Below, piece by piece: positions 52,514 to 62,498 of a stretch of DNA of 64,000 nucleotides. The stretch comes from an uncultured Chroococcidiopsis sp. (GTDB lineage Bacteria > Cyanobacteriota > Cyanobacteriia > Cyanobacteriales > Chroococcidiopsidaceae): positions 49,063 to 113,062 of the forward strand of contig CAXTYC010000016.1 of NCBI GenBank assembly GCA_964248365.1, written 5' to 3'. How positions within the stretch are numbered: the first letter of the stretch is position 1; the number at the start of each line of letters is the position of its first letter. The position numbers were made by a program, and so were the translations under genes. A model generated the notes under the pieces. That model saw nothing but the letters and a program-made list of their open reading frames with translations. It ran no database searches and was not told where the DNA came from.

Positions 52514-55441
52514 ATGAAAAGACTACCGTTTTATGTCGTTGTGTTTAATAGTTTGTTTTTTGGTTTAGCATCTGCTGGTGCGCGGCTTCCTGCTTGGGCT
52601 TTGTCTTTGCCATCTGGGTCGTCTGGACAGATAGCAAAGGCTCAATCGCTAGAACCGCAGGCGAAAGTATGGGGAATCAATGACAATCAGCAGCTTCGTC
52701 ATCAACCTTATATAGGGTTAGTTAAGGACACAAAGCTTGCTGACGGGCAACCTTTATTAGTGGCAGTTAAAAACCCGAAAAAGGCACAATCAACAAATTT
52801 TCAGCTAGCTAAAGAGTCTAAACAATCAGAACTAAAGCCGTTTAGTCAGCTAGTGAAGAATACTTCAATGGTGAAGGGATTATTCACGCTCTACCGCAAC
52901 AAGGAAACGGGGAAAATCTTTCTGGAACTTAAGCCGGAGCAACTAAATAAAAACTACCTCAGTACCATGACGATGGAAGCTGGCATTGGCGAACGCGGGA
53001 TTTATAGTGGTATGCCTTTGCAAGATTATCTATTTTACTTTCGTCGGGTAAATAATAATTTACATTTTGTTGTCCGTAACGTGAATTTTCGCGTTAGTCC
53101 AGGTTTGCCACAAGCGCGATCGCTTCAGCGTTCGTTTAGTGACTCTGTTCTCTACTCAGTTCCAATTAAAAGTATTCACCCACAGCGCAAAACGTTGCTG
53201 ATTGACTTGGGTGATTTGTTACTCAAAGATTTACCAGGGCTTTCATCAGCTTTATCATCCCAGCTAGACGCAACTTATCAGCTAGACGATAACAAGTCTT
53301 ATTTTGGCGATGCTAAAGGGTTTCCCCTTAATATGGAAATTGAGTCGGTTTATGGGTTCTCTTTTACTGGGGCTAAGAGTAACACACCAAATTTATTGAC
53401 ATTGCCTGACAGTCGCGCCCTGACTGTGCGTGTTCGCTATAGTCTTTCTCAATTACCAACAAACTCTAGCTACCGTCCTCGTCTAGCTGACGATCGCGTT
53501 GGGTATTTTATCACCGCCTTTGAGGACTTTGCGATCGAAGATCGTAAAGAGCCGTTTACTCGCTATATCAACCGCTGGAATTTAGAAAAGCAAGATCCAT
53601 CAGCACCTCTGTCGCCACCAAAAAAACCGATTGTGTTCTGGATTGAAAATGCTGTACCACTCGAATACCGAGATGCAGTTAAAGAAGGCGTATTGATGTG
53701 GAATAAAGCTTTTGAGAAAGCAGGATTCAAGAATGCAATTGAAGTGCGCCAAATGCCAGATGATGCCAAATGGGACCCAGCGGATGTCCGTTACAACACA
53801 ATTCGCTGGATCAATACTGTAGATGGATTTTTTGCTCTAGGACCATCACGGGTTAATCCGATGACGGGGGAAATTTTGGATGCTGATATTTTGGTAGACG
53901 CGAGTTTTGTGCGATCGCTTAAACAGCAGTATCGTCTCCTAGTGCAAGAAAATCATTCGCAACCGACTTCTGTATTATCACAGCTAGTCCAGCAGCGCAA
54001 CCTTTGCGGCAATGGTATGGGGCGAGAGAACACAGCAGGGGGAGCTGGGGGAGACTCGCCCTCTGGTTCCTCTAGCCTCTCGCCTTTATCCAAATTAGCA
54101 ACTCAGTATGATCTTTGCTACGGAATGGAAGCGGCAAATCAATTTGCGTTTGGTTCTTTGGCGTTGTCAATGTTCCAAAACGTAATGCCCAGTAGTAACC
54201 AAATGAAAGAATACATTCATCAATATCTGCGCCTGGTCATTGCCCACGAAGTAGGGCATACTCTGGGCTTGCGTCATAATTTTCGTGGTAGTACTTTACT
54301 TCCTCCAGACGAGTTGAACGACACCAAAATCACCCGATCTCAAGGTCTAACTACGTCGGTAATGGACTATATTCCACCTAACCTAGCTCCCCAAGGTGTA
54401 AAGCAAGGTGACTATTTTCCAGCTAGTGTTGGTGCTTACGACATTTGGGCAATTCAATACGGTTATACACCATCTGGGGCGGTACATCCTTTGGCTGAAC
54501 GGCGATTTTTGGATCGAATTGCTGATCTTTCTGCCAAACCTGAGTTGGCTTACGCAACCGATGAGGATATGTTTGATCTTGACCCAGATGTTAATGCTTG
54601 GGACAACAGCAATGATGTGCTGCGCTATTCTCAATGGCAATTAGACAACGCGAGGGTGATGTGGGAACGGCTCAACAAGCGTTATCCGGCAAAGGGTGAG
54701 AGTTACAGTGAGCTTAGTGAACTGTTCGATCAGGTATTCTCTCACTATCTAAGACATATTTACTACACGACTAAATATATTGGTGGGCAAACATTTTACC
54801 GCGACCACGCCGGAGAATCTAATGGACGATTGCCATTTGCAACAGTACCTGTAGAAAAACAGCGACAGGCTTTAGCAATGCTACAAAAGTATGTCTTTGC
54901 TGCGGATGCTTTTAACTTCCCGCCGTCACTACTAAATAAGTTAGCACCATCGCGTTGGATGCACTGGGGCGATCGCGCGATGATGGGTCGTCTTGATTAT
55001 CCGATTCACGAAAGTATTTATGCGCTACAGAGTTTGGTGTTGAAAGATTTGCTATCTGGCGATCGTCTGGGTCGTCTGCGAGATATCGAACTCAAGAGCC
55101 AGCCTGGGCAAGCCCTTACTCTACCTGAATTATTTACTACTCTACAACAAGATATCTGGACAGAAGTAGTCCAACCAGATAAACAACCGATGAACATTTC
55201 TAGTCTGCGGCGGGCTTTGCAACGGGAACACCTGAAAATCCTGACTGATATGGTATTAGGTAATCAAGATGTGCCAGAAGATGCTCGGACTCTCGCTTGG
55301 TATAATTTACGTCAACTGCGCGATAAGCTAAACAAGGCAATCTCGCATTCTGGTAAGTTAGACGAATATAGCTTGGCTCATCTAGAAGCAACGCGCGATC
55401 GCATTAACAAAACTTTAAACGCCCAAATTCAATCTAAGTAG
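52514..55441 (+). CDS. Exported zinc-dependent metalloprotease (DUF5117/DUF4953 type)
   Basis: PRLADDRVGYF, WNKAFEKAGF, TGEILDADI, HEVGHTLGLRHNF, SVMDY Met-turn. Confidence 0.9.
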   Translation: MKRLPFYVVVFNSLFFGLASAGARLPAWALSLPSGSSGQIAKAQSLEPQAKVWGINDNQQLRHQPYIGLVKDTKLADGQPLLVAVKNPKKAQSTNFQLAKESKQSELKPFSQLVKNTSMVKGLFTLYRNKETGKIFLELKPEQLNKNYLSTMTMEAGIGERGIYSGMPLQDYLFYFRRVNNNLHFVVRNVNFRVSPGLPQARSLQRSFSDSVLYSVPIKSIHPQRKTLLIDLGDLLLKDLPGLSSALSSQLDATYQLDDNKSYFGDAKGFPLNMEIESVYGFSFTGAKSNTPNLLTLPDSRALTVRVRYSLSQLPTNSSYRPRLADDRVGYFITAFEDFAIEDRKEPFTRYINRWNLEKQDPSAPLSPPKKPIVFWIENAVPLEYRDAVKEGVLMWNKAFEKAGFKNAIEVRQMPDDAKWDPADVRYNTIRWINTVDGFFALGPSRVNPMTGEILDADILVDASFVRSLKQQYRLLVQENHSQPTSVLSQLVQQRNLCGNGMGRENTAGGAGGDSPSGSSSLSPLSKLATQYDLCYGMEAANQFAFGSLALSMFQNVMPSSNQMKEYIHQYLRLVIAHEVGHTLGLRHNFRGSTLLPPDELNDTKITRSQGLTTSVMDYIPPNLAPQGVKQGDYFPASVGAYDIWAIQYGYTPSGAVHPLAERRFLDRIADLSAKPELAYATDEDMFDLDPDVNAWDNSNDVLRYSQWQLDNARVMWERLNKRYPAKGESYSELSELFDQVFSHYLRHIYYTTKYIGGQTFYRDHAGESNGRLPFATVPVEKQRQALAMLQKYVFAADAFNFPPSLLNKLAPSRWMHWGDRAMMGRLDYPIHESIYALQSLVLKDLLSGDRLGRLRDIELKSQPGQALTLPELFTTLQQDIWTEVVQPDKQPMNISSLRRALQREHLKILTDMVLGNQDVPEDARTLAWYNLRQLRDKLNKAISHSGKLDEYSLAHLEATRDRINKTLNAQIQSK

Positions 55442-55560
55442 GGGCTAGGGGCGAGGGGCGAGGGGCTATAAAAAGGCTAGGGGAGCAGGTTCGCGCTAGG
55501 GGAGCAGGGGAGAGAACTGATGAAGATTTCCCCCAGATCCCCCTGCCCCTCTGCTCTCTT

Positions 55561-55935
55561 CTAGAGTGTTTCCAAATAACTGAGCAAATCAGCCATTTCT
55601 TGAATACTGGGCTGAAACTGTGGCATTGGCGGCGTGTCACCACTTATAACCTGGTGAATTAGACCATAGCGAGATTTTCGCTTTGAGACACCTTGCAGGC
55701 TAGGACCAACGTTCCCATCTGCCTCAAACCCATGACAAACGGCACAGTTCATTTGAAAGATAGCATGACCTTGAACTTGGTCGCCTCTCAAAGATAGAAC
55801 ACTCTTAATATATGGATCGGACAGGCGCAGCATATGAAAGCTATAAATGGCTAAAGCGATCGCTAGCACAACCGCCATACCAATTAAAACTAGCCGCTGC
55901 AACAATGTTTCAGTTAGGACGCGCTGGTTATCCAA
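55561..55935 (-). CDS. cytM: Cytochrome cM
   Basis: N-terminal TM, DPY...VL.L.GD...G.AIFQ.NCAVCHG, GPSL, TPPMPQF. Confidence 0.88.
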   Translation of the reverse strand: MDNQRVLTETLLQRLVLIGMAVVLAIALAIYSFHMLRLSDPYIKSVLSLRGDQVQGHAIFQMNCAVCHGFEADGNVGPSLQGVSKRKSRYGLIHQVISGDTPPMPQFQPSIQEMADLLSYLETL

Positions 55936-56191
55936 AAGGTTTCACTTTAAGTCGTAATTGACAAAACTCTTTGCTCTCTTACACATAGCTTAAAAGTTCT
56001 TGATGTAGTAGGCAAGCTTTGGATGACTATATTAGGCTCACTAGCCACTGTCCCCATGCATCTGCAAACTACACAGGGAAATAATTTGGTATAAGTTTTC
56101 TGTTTCCCAACTGATGCAAGGTAAGATGAGAGACAGGAAAAAAAAGTTAACTGACTCAAACTAATATCAATTTACGTAAAGGAGATTCAAC

Positions 56192-56305
56192 GTGATTGAG
56201 CCGCTACTTGATGGACTTGTACTAGGTTTAATTTTTATCACCCTGGGTGGATTGTTTTTTGCTGCCTATCAGCAGTACAAGCGTGGAAAGGAGTTAGGGC
56301 TGTAA
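56192..56305 (+). CDS. petG: Cytochrome b6f subunit V (not in ORF track)
   Basis: [46 protein letters not shown]. Confidence 0.95.
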   Translation: MIEPLLDGLVLGLIFITLGGLFFAAYQQYKRGKELGL

Positions 56306-56475
56306 TGAGGGGCGATCGTACTAGGGGTTAGGGGCTAGGGGGAGAGTGGGAATCAGGGGAGAACTACAAAACTACTGACGTGGGACTCCTGACTACAAAA
56401 CTACTGACGTGGGACTCCTTTTCCCTTTTACCTTTTCCCTTTTCCCTTCATCCTTCATACTTTATCCTTTACACT

Positions 56476-57033
56476 TCATACTTCTGGCGCTGACTCTGGG
56501 CGATAAAAAGTCAACGCTGTGTTACCGTAGATTTTTTGGCGACAAATTTCTAACCTGGGAACTGGTTGAGGCATCCTCACTTCAGGATTGTGTTCTACTG
56601 CCAGTTCTCCATTAGGATGCAATAGCTGATAGTGAGCGATCGCCTCTAATACTGGCTGGTATAAAAGGCTTGCATAAGGCGGATCGAAGTATATCCGGTC
56701 AAATTGTTCTCCTGCTAAAGTTTTTAATCGCTGTACTACATCGCCTCGCAATACTTGAAACTTCTGTTCGCTTTGAGCTACTTGCTGCCAATTTTGTTGG
56801 ATAATGGCACAAGCACGGCTCGATTGTTCAATTCCTACTACTAAGCTTGCTCCTCTACATAAAGCTTCTGCGCCCATTGAACCAGTACCAGCGCATAAGT
56901 CTAACCATCTACATCCAGATATTGCTTGTTGCCAAATATTAAATACTGCCTCCCGTACCCGCCCTGTTGTAGGTCGAGTTTCTCTCCCTGGTAAGGTTTT
57001 TAGCTGGCGGTTGCCATAAATTCTCAAACTCAT
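56476..57033 (-). CDS. rsmD: 16S rRNA m2G966 methyltransferase
   Basis: TRPT..RVREAVFN, LDLCAGTG.MG.EAL.RGA, DPPY. Confidence 0.95.
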   Translation of the reverse strand: MSLRIYGNRQLKTLPGRETRPTTGRVREAVFNIWQQAISGCRWLDLCAGTGSMGAEALCRGASLVVGIEQSSRACAIIQQNWQQVAQSEQKFQVLRGDVVQRLKTLAGEQFDRIYFDPPYASLLYQPVLEAIAHYQLLHPNGELAVEHNPEVRMPQPVPRLEICRQKIYGNTALTFYRPESAPEV

Positions 57034-57096
57034 AATCAGGGGTGAAGGGTGACTCTTGAGGGGCGAGGGGCGAGGGATTAAAAACGCCCCACTTCG

Positions 57097-57732
57097 TCAA
57101 GCAGGGACTTTCTCTCGTACCAGGGCGACGAAATTTGACAAAATTTGCCCTCCTGTGGTAGAAGACTTTTCGGGGTGAAATTGGACAGCCGTTAGGTTAT
57201 TGTCGGCAATCGCAGCTGTGACTGTTTGACTACCATGAGTCACAGTTGCAGCAGCCACTTGCGGATTAATTGGATCGACATAGTAGGAGTGGACAAAATA
57301 AACCCAAGGCGCATAGGGTAACTGTTGCCATAATGCACATTCGGGTTGGGTAATTTCAAGTTGATTCCAACCCATGTGGGGAATAGTTATGCCAGGTTCA
57401 CTGGTGAATCTGCGTACTGTACCAGCTACAATTCCTAGTCCTGGTTCCTTGCCTTCTTCACTGTTGTCAAATAAAATTTGCAGCCCTAGACATATGCCTA
57501 AGAAAGGTTTACCACTGGCGATCGCTTTTTTAATCGGCGCTTCCAAGCCACGCGATCGCAGATGTTGTACAGCCGGATCGAAAGATCCTACTCCAGGCAG
57601 CACTATTGCATCCGCTTCTAGCAATTCAATTGAGGAGTCAGTAATCTTAGGAGTTGCCCCTGCTTTTTCTAGCCCTTTTCCGACTGAGTGCAAATTTCCC
57701 ATGTCGTAGTCTACAATCGCAATCACTGACAT
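57097..57732 (-). CDS. hisH: Imidazole glycerol phosphate synthase glutaminase subunit
   Basis: DY.MGNL.SV, LPGVG, GICLG, PHMGWN, YFVHSY, QFHPEKS. Confidence 0.97.
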   Translation of the reverse strand: MSVIAIVDYDMGNLHSVGKGLEKAGATPKITDSSIELLEADAIVLPGVGSFDPAVQHLRSRGLEAPIKKAIASGKPFLGICLGLQILFDNSEEGKEPGLGIVAGTVRRFTSEPGITIPHMGWNQLEITQPECALWQQLPYAPWVYFVHSYYVDPINPQVAAATVTHGSQTVTAAIADNNLTAVQFHPEKSSTTGGQILSNFVALVREKVPA

Positions 57733-57799
57733 TGACCCACTCCGAGTGCAAATTATTTTTTCAGGCTGCTTCTATTTTAAATCATAATCAATATTTTGT

Positions 57800-58312
57800 A
57801 TGCCCAAAAATATATTATTGACTTCTTTTACTACTTGGCTTCCTCATCAAATATCCAATTCTTCTGATGATTTATTGGAAAAATTAACTACTTTTAATTA
57901 TCTATCTTTATCTCTCAGTTTTTTGAGAAAATTACCTGTTGATGTTGCTCTAGCTAGCAGTTATGTAATTGACAAAATTAATGATATTACACCGGATGTC
58001 ATTATTTGTTGTGGCATGGCAGAATGCCGAAATCAATTAAGCATAGAATCTAACGCCACTTGTGGAGATATGATATTAAGAACAAATATTGAGCTTGAGA
58101 AATTATTAGATGATGTAGATAGAATTCAAATTAGTCACGATGCTGGTAAATTTGTTTGTGAAGGTCTTTATTATGCAGTTTTGAAGTACATTTTTGATAG
58201 TAAACTCAAGGCAGATTGTATCTTTGTCCATGTTCCTATTCTGACTGAGAAAAATTTGTCTCTAATTGTGGAAGATTTTATGTTAATACTTCATGAAATG
58301 GAATGTTATTAG
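57800..58312 (+). CDS. Pyroglutamyl-peptidase I (C15) family protein
   Basis: LLTSF, LPV, S.DAGKFVC, FVHVP. Confidence 0.85.
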   Translation: MPKNILLTSFTTWLPHQISNSSDDLLEKLTTFNYLSLSLSFLRKLPVDVALASSYVIDKINDITPDVIICCGMAECRNQLSIESNATCGDMILRTNIELEKLLDDVDRIQISHDAGKFVCEGLYYAVLKYIFDSKLKADCIFVHVPILTEKNLSLIVEDFMLILHEMECY

Positions 58313-58430
58313 CAAACTTATTGTGTGTTTGAACAAAATCGCTCATAGCACCATTTGTTAAGAATGTAAGGTAATACGATATATTTACATACGCCCCGCG
58401 ATCGCTACCTGCAAAAAAATTTTCCGCTGT

Positions 58431-59801
58431 ATGTTACATTTGTTGCCAATTCTAACTATTGCTCAAGCAACTTCCACCCCACTACCTCAAGAAGTGGTGC
58501 AACCCCAAGTAGTGCGTCCTCTACCTGGTAGTTTGGATAAGATACCAGTGTTTAACAGCAATAGTCCAGAACTAGTGCAAACAGAAGGCATTTTACTTTC
58601 GACTTTTCCCCCAACTGGTAAACGAGTAAAAGCAGCTCACCTCAATTTTGGGTTGCAAGGAAGATTTGATATATTTGCCCATCATGTCGCTAAGCCTACC
58701 ACACCAGATAATTTACGAACCCTGTACTTGGGAGTGATATTGCATAACCCTGGTAATCAAACAGTTAAGGTGGATGTTTTGCAGGCTGCTAGTTATCTAA
58801 GTCAACCAGATGCGCCTTTTGGAGAGTTACCGCCCCAAGCCCAGAATTTGTTGGGTAATGTTTATGCAGGACCTGGCGATCGCGTAATGAATGATGTGCT
58901 ACGCAGTCAGCGACAGTCGGGTTTTCCAGCTCAACTGCTGATCCCACCTAAACAAAGCCAGATGTTGCTTAATCTTCCCATTCCTGTGCGCGGTCTAGAT
59001 CCGCCTCTGAATGGTCGGTCTACATTTATGCGCTTGCGAAGTAATGGTATAGTCTATGCTGCTAGTCTGGCAATGTATGCACCTGTAAATCCTGATGGGA
59101 GTGAGCGATCGCCTACTTTAGCACAATGGCAGCATTTGTTAGACACTGGTGATTTAGCTCAACCACGAGATAAAACCCCAACGATGCCACAACAAACCAA
59201 GGGTGCGGTAGTATATGGTCGTGTAGCAGGAGTAGCTGGGGGTTCTGTGTGGCGAAGTCAGCTGGTAGATAACCCAGCAGTGAGCTATCTAAGTATTCCC
59301 CCAAGCAGTAGGGCTTTTTCCTATGGTCTGAGTACCCTGGATAGGGGAACGCTGGGAACTACACAAGTTCAAAGTGCGCCGCTTTTAGTTCGCTACCCAG
59401 ATACAGCTTATCAAGCTCATGGTAACTACGCTATTGAGTATAGCCTTACTTTGCCGCTTTACAACAATACTGGTAAACCTCAAATCGTTACTTTGTCAAT
59501 TCAAACGCCATTGAAGGAAGATCAGTTAAGTAAAGGAGGACTGCGTTTCTTAAATCCACCCGCGAGTCAAGTTTTCTTTCGTGGTACAGTTAGACTACGC
59601 TATAACGATGACCAAAATCTACCTCGAACGCAATATGTACATTTAGTGCAAAACAGAGGACAGATAGGGGAACCTTTGGTAATGCTGAGGATGAAAGAGG
59701 GCGATCGCCGACTGGTACAAATAGATTTTCTCTACCCACCAGATGCAACCCCGCCACAGGTTCTCACAGTCAAAACTCTAGCTCACTCCAACTTGAATTA
59801 A
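58431..59801 (+). CDS. DUF3370 family exported protein
   Basis: LPG.LD..PVFNSNSPE, GILLSTFP, F.HH, YGRVAGV, AHGNY, YPPDATPPQ. Confidence 0.8.
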   Translation: MLHLLPILTIAQATSTPLPQEVVQPQVVRPLPGSLDKIPVFNSNSPELVQTEGILLSTFPPTGKRVKAAHLNFGLQGRFDIFAHHVAKPTTPDNLRTLYLGVILHNPGNQTVKVDVLQAASYLSQPDAPFGELPPQAQNLLGNVYAGPGDRVMNDVLRSQRQSGFPAQLLIPPKQSQMLLNLPIPVRGLDPPLNGRSTFMRLRSNGIVYAASLAMYAPVNPDGSERSPTLAQWQHLLDTGDLAQPRDKTPTMPQQTKGAVVYGRVAGVAGGSVWRSQLVDNPAVSYLSIPPSSRAFSYGLSTLDRGTLGTTQVQSAPLLVRYPDTAYQAHGNYAIEYSLTLPLYNNTGKPQIVTLSIQTPLKEDQLSKGGLRFLNPPASQVFFRGTVRLRYNDDQNLPRTQYVHLVQNRGQIGEPLVMLRMKEGDRRLVQIDFLYPPDATPPQVLTVKTLAHSNLN

Positions 59802-60598
59802 CCATAGCAAGGGGTTTGCTTCAACTCCAAGGAATATTCTTCATAGGTAGCGATAATTTCAAATCCTAGCCAGGTGTAACACGCAATCGCACTTGTGTTG
59901 TCCGCTTTAACATTCAATCCAATATGATCCGTTGTCTGCAACAAATCTTGGCACAGTTTCGCACACACTGCTTTTGCTAACCCAAGTCCTCGAAACTGGG
60001 GATGAGTTGTAATGTTGCCCAGCGCTGTAACTCTGTACTGTTGTGAGTATACATGAACCCCCGCCACGCTAACTAAAGATGCACCTTGCCGTATGCCATA
60101 GTAATAACTAGTTTCTAGCATACGCGGCTCAAACCAATTGCTAGGGTAAGCTACACGGTATAGTTCTTCTAAGGCAATAATATCGTACACTACCAGCGGC
60201 TTGACACCAGATGTATCAACAGTATCCAAAAGCGTAGTGTTGGTTAAAGCCATTTTGTAGTGTAAACCGTGTGATTTTATTTGGTACTCATCTGCAAGGA
60301 CAGTTGCTACATCTCGACTTAGATGAGCATAAAATCTTTTAGGTAGTAGGTGGATAAGCGATCGCAGCAACTCCTTCATCAAATCTGGTTCTTCGGTAAG
60401 TCCAAGTAGAACAGGTAGAGAAGCTCCACTATAGAGCAAAACAAGTTGTTTGATCCGTTCCTCGTCTATGAGGGCATACCATGTTGTGTAGTGCCAAAAA
60501 AAGTCATCTAAATCTCCAATCGAGTAAAGATGAAGAAAGGTGTGACGACGGAGAAACGCTTCAATTTCGTCTTTAGCGTGTAAACAGACCGTCTTCAC
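59798..60598 (-). CDS. GNAT (FR47-like) acetyltransferase
   Basis: GNITTHPQFRGLGLA, LNV..DN..AI..Y..LGF. Confidence 0.88.
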   Translation of the reverse strand: MKTVCLHAKDEIEAFLRRHTFLHLYSIGDLDDFFWHYTTWYALIDEERIKQLVLLYSGASLPVLLGLTEEPDLMKELLRSLIHLLPKRFYAHLSRDVATVLADEYQIKSHGLHYKMALTNTTLLDTVDTSGVKPLVVYDIIALEELYRVAYPSNWFEPRMLETSYYYGIRQGASLVSVAGVHVYSQQYRVTALGNITTHPQFRGLGLAKAVCAKLCQDLLQTTDHIGLNVKADNTSAIACYTWLGFEIIATYEEYSLELKQTPCYG

Positions 60599-60719
60599 TT
60601 AGTTTTCTCCTTACTCAAAAACAGATCGGCTAAAATTACTCTTGCGTTAAATCCACAGATATGCTTTAATTGTTATGGACTTTGTTTGCCCATTTAATGC
60701 AAATTAAGTCAAAACCCAA

Positions 60720-62066
60720 TCAAGACTTTTGAAAGCCGAAGCCTGTTTTCTTTTTGTTTTTGCTCTTAGAGCTAGATTTATTTACCTCTGCCACAGCTTC
60801 TTGAAATAGATTGTGTAAGTGTAGTGGTACACTGGCTGTTTCTGGTAAATCTGGCGAGGTAGGTTTATTAAATTCTTGCAATAGTGCTTCTAAATCACGG
60901 TCTAATTGGATAGGACGATTTAACACTGTTTGCAAGATTTTTTCTAGTTGGTTTGGGTATTGTTGCGCTAACCGTTGCCAGATAAAAGCATTAATTGTTG
61001 AGTTCTCTAAGTAGTAGCGAACCAATTTTTCAGCACCTTCAACATTCTGCCAATCTTCGGCTTCTAATAGTGCTTTGAATTGACTATATGTAGGTAAAAA
61101 CATTTGACCCCATCGAGGATGGGACATAGCAGTTACCTGTTCTGCTTTCCTCAGTTCGGCAGGTAATTCCACCTTTGGTGTTACCATTTTGGTAGTGCTT
61201 TTGCTATCAAACAGTTGGGATACGATTTTTGAGTCAGCACCTGCTTCGGCTGCTGCTGCTTTAATTTCCTCTTCTCCCATTCCAGCTTCTTGGGCGACTT
61301 CGGCTAATGTTTTAGACTCATCAATACCAGCTGCTGCTAGGCTTTCTTGCATCATTAATTCTTGGAATTCAGCAATCTTTTTATTTAGCTGATATCCTGG
61401 CATTGTTACTTCGTCACTACCAAAAAAGTCAACAAACTGCTGGTGATATTGTGCGACAGACTGCCAAGCCTGTTCTAGCAAATCTGGAGCATCACTGTAA
61501 AGAGAGCTTTTATAATTCTCTTTAAAATTACCAATTGCTACTGCAAGTTTGGGTTTGCCTAACTTACCCATTGCTGTCGCCGGACCTGAAAACATCCAGT
61601 AGCTATCAGTAACAGGAGCAATGCGAGTTAGTAAAATTTCTCCTTCTTTAAACCGAGACATTTCCCCAAGTGTTTGAGGGTTGTTTGGCTTGACGATGTA
61701 ATGCTTGTCTGTCAGCCAGTTCACTAGTTCAAATCCATCGGGTAGAACCTGAGTTACAGCAAATAAGCCTATAAAACTACGTCGCCAAGCATCAACTAGC
61801 TGGCGATCGCTTTGTGTCAAATCTGGCTGGCTTTCTAGAAATAAATCTATTGGTGTCTTGTCTCCAACTTTCCCTTCTGTGAGAAAGGAATCAATTATCA
61901 AGTCTTGTTGCACCCTATCATGACTGTCTCGGCGCGACTTAGCAGCCGCATAAGCTTCCAAAGATTCTGCTAGTTCTCCTTCAGCGTCAAGGACAAAATC
62001 AGTTAAGGCTTGTTTTAGTTCGCGCGATCGCTCTAATATTGCATCCACAACTTCATCTCTTGGCAC
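60720..62066 (-). CDS. Conserved cyanobacterial hypothetical protein
   Basis: 448-aa ORF with KKKTGFG tail; no motif recognised. Confidence 0.8.
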   Translation of the reverse strand: MPRDEVVDAILERSRELKQALTDFVLDAEGELAESLEAYAAAKSRRDSHDRVQQDLIIDSFLTEGKVGDKTPIDLFLESQPDLTQSDRQLVDAWRRSFIGLFAVTQVLPDGFELVNWLTDKHYIVKPNNPQTLGEMSRFKEGEILLTRIAPVTDSYWMFSGPATAMGKLGKPKLAVAIGNFKENYKSSLYSDAPDLLEQAWQSVAQYHQQFVDFFGSDEVTMPGYQLNKKIAEFQELMMQESLAAAGIDESKTLAEVAQEAGMGEEEIKAAAAEAGADSKIVSQLFDSKSTTKMVTPKVELPAELRKAEQVTAMSHPRWGQMFLPTYSQFKALLEAEDWQNVEGAEKLVRYYLENSTINAFIWQRLAQQYPNQLEKILQTVLNRPIQLDRDLEALLQEFNKPTSPDLPETASVPLHLHNLFQEAVAEVNKSSSKSKNKKKTGFGFQKS

Positions 62067-62228
62067 AACACTTCTCTAGGTTAAAGGTTCCAAGAGAATT
62101 TGAGCAAAGGTTGGTAGGGATGTGATGGTGTTTAATACGGTTGAGGGGGGCCAATGCTGCCACTATCTATTACATTGGTTACATATCCATTGCCAACTTA
62201 ACCCAAAGGCGATCGCTTACAATGCATT

Positions 62229-62498
62229 ATGAAAGTTCATTGGTTACAAGAACCTGTAAAAGTTGACTTTCACTTGGATCATGGCTACACACAGGTGATT
62301 TTAGAGCGTCTAGTGAGGATGGGATTGGCAGATGGAAATATTAATTGGGACATTCCAACCAACTCCATACCATCAGATTTACGAACAATAGGTTCCCGTT
62401 TCTTAATTTCCGTGCCATCTATTAACTTAGATGAACACGACAGTATAGAAGACATCCGTGCAGCTTGTCGTAGCATCCGTATATACAGACTTAAATAA
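62229..62498 (+). CDS. Hypothetical protein
   Basis: 89-aa ORF with ATG start. Confidence 0.5.
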   Translation: MKVHWLQEPVKVDFHLDHGYTQVILERLVRMGLADGNINWDIPTNSIPSDLRTIGSRFLISVPSINLDEHDSIEDIRAACRSIRIYRLK

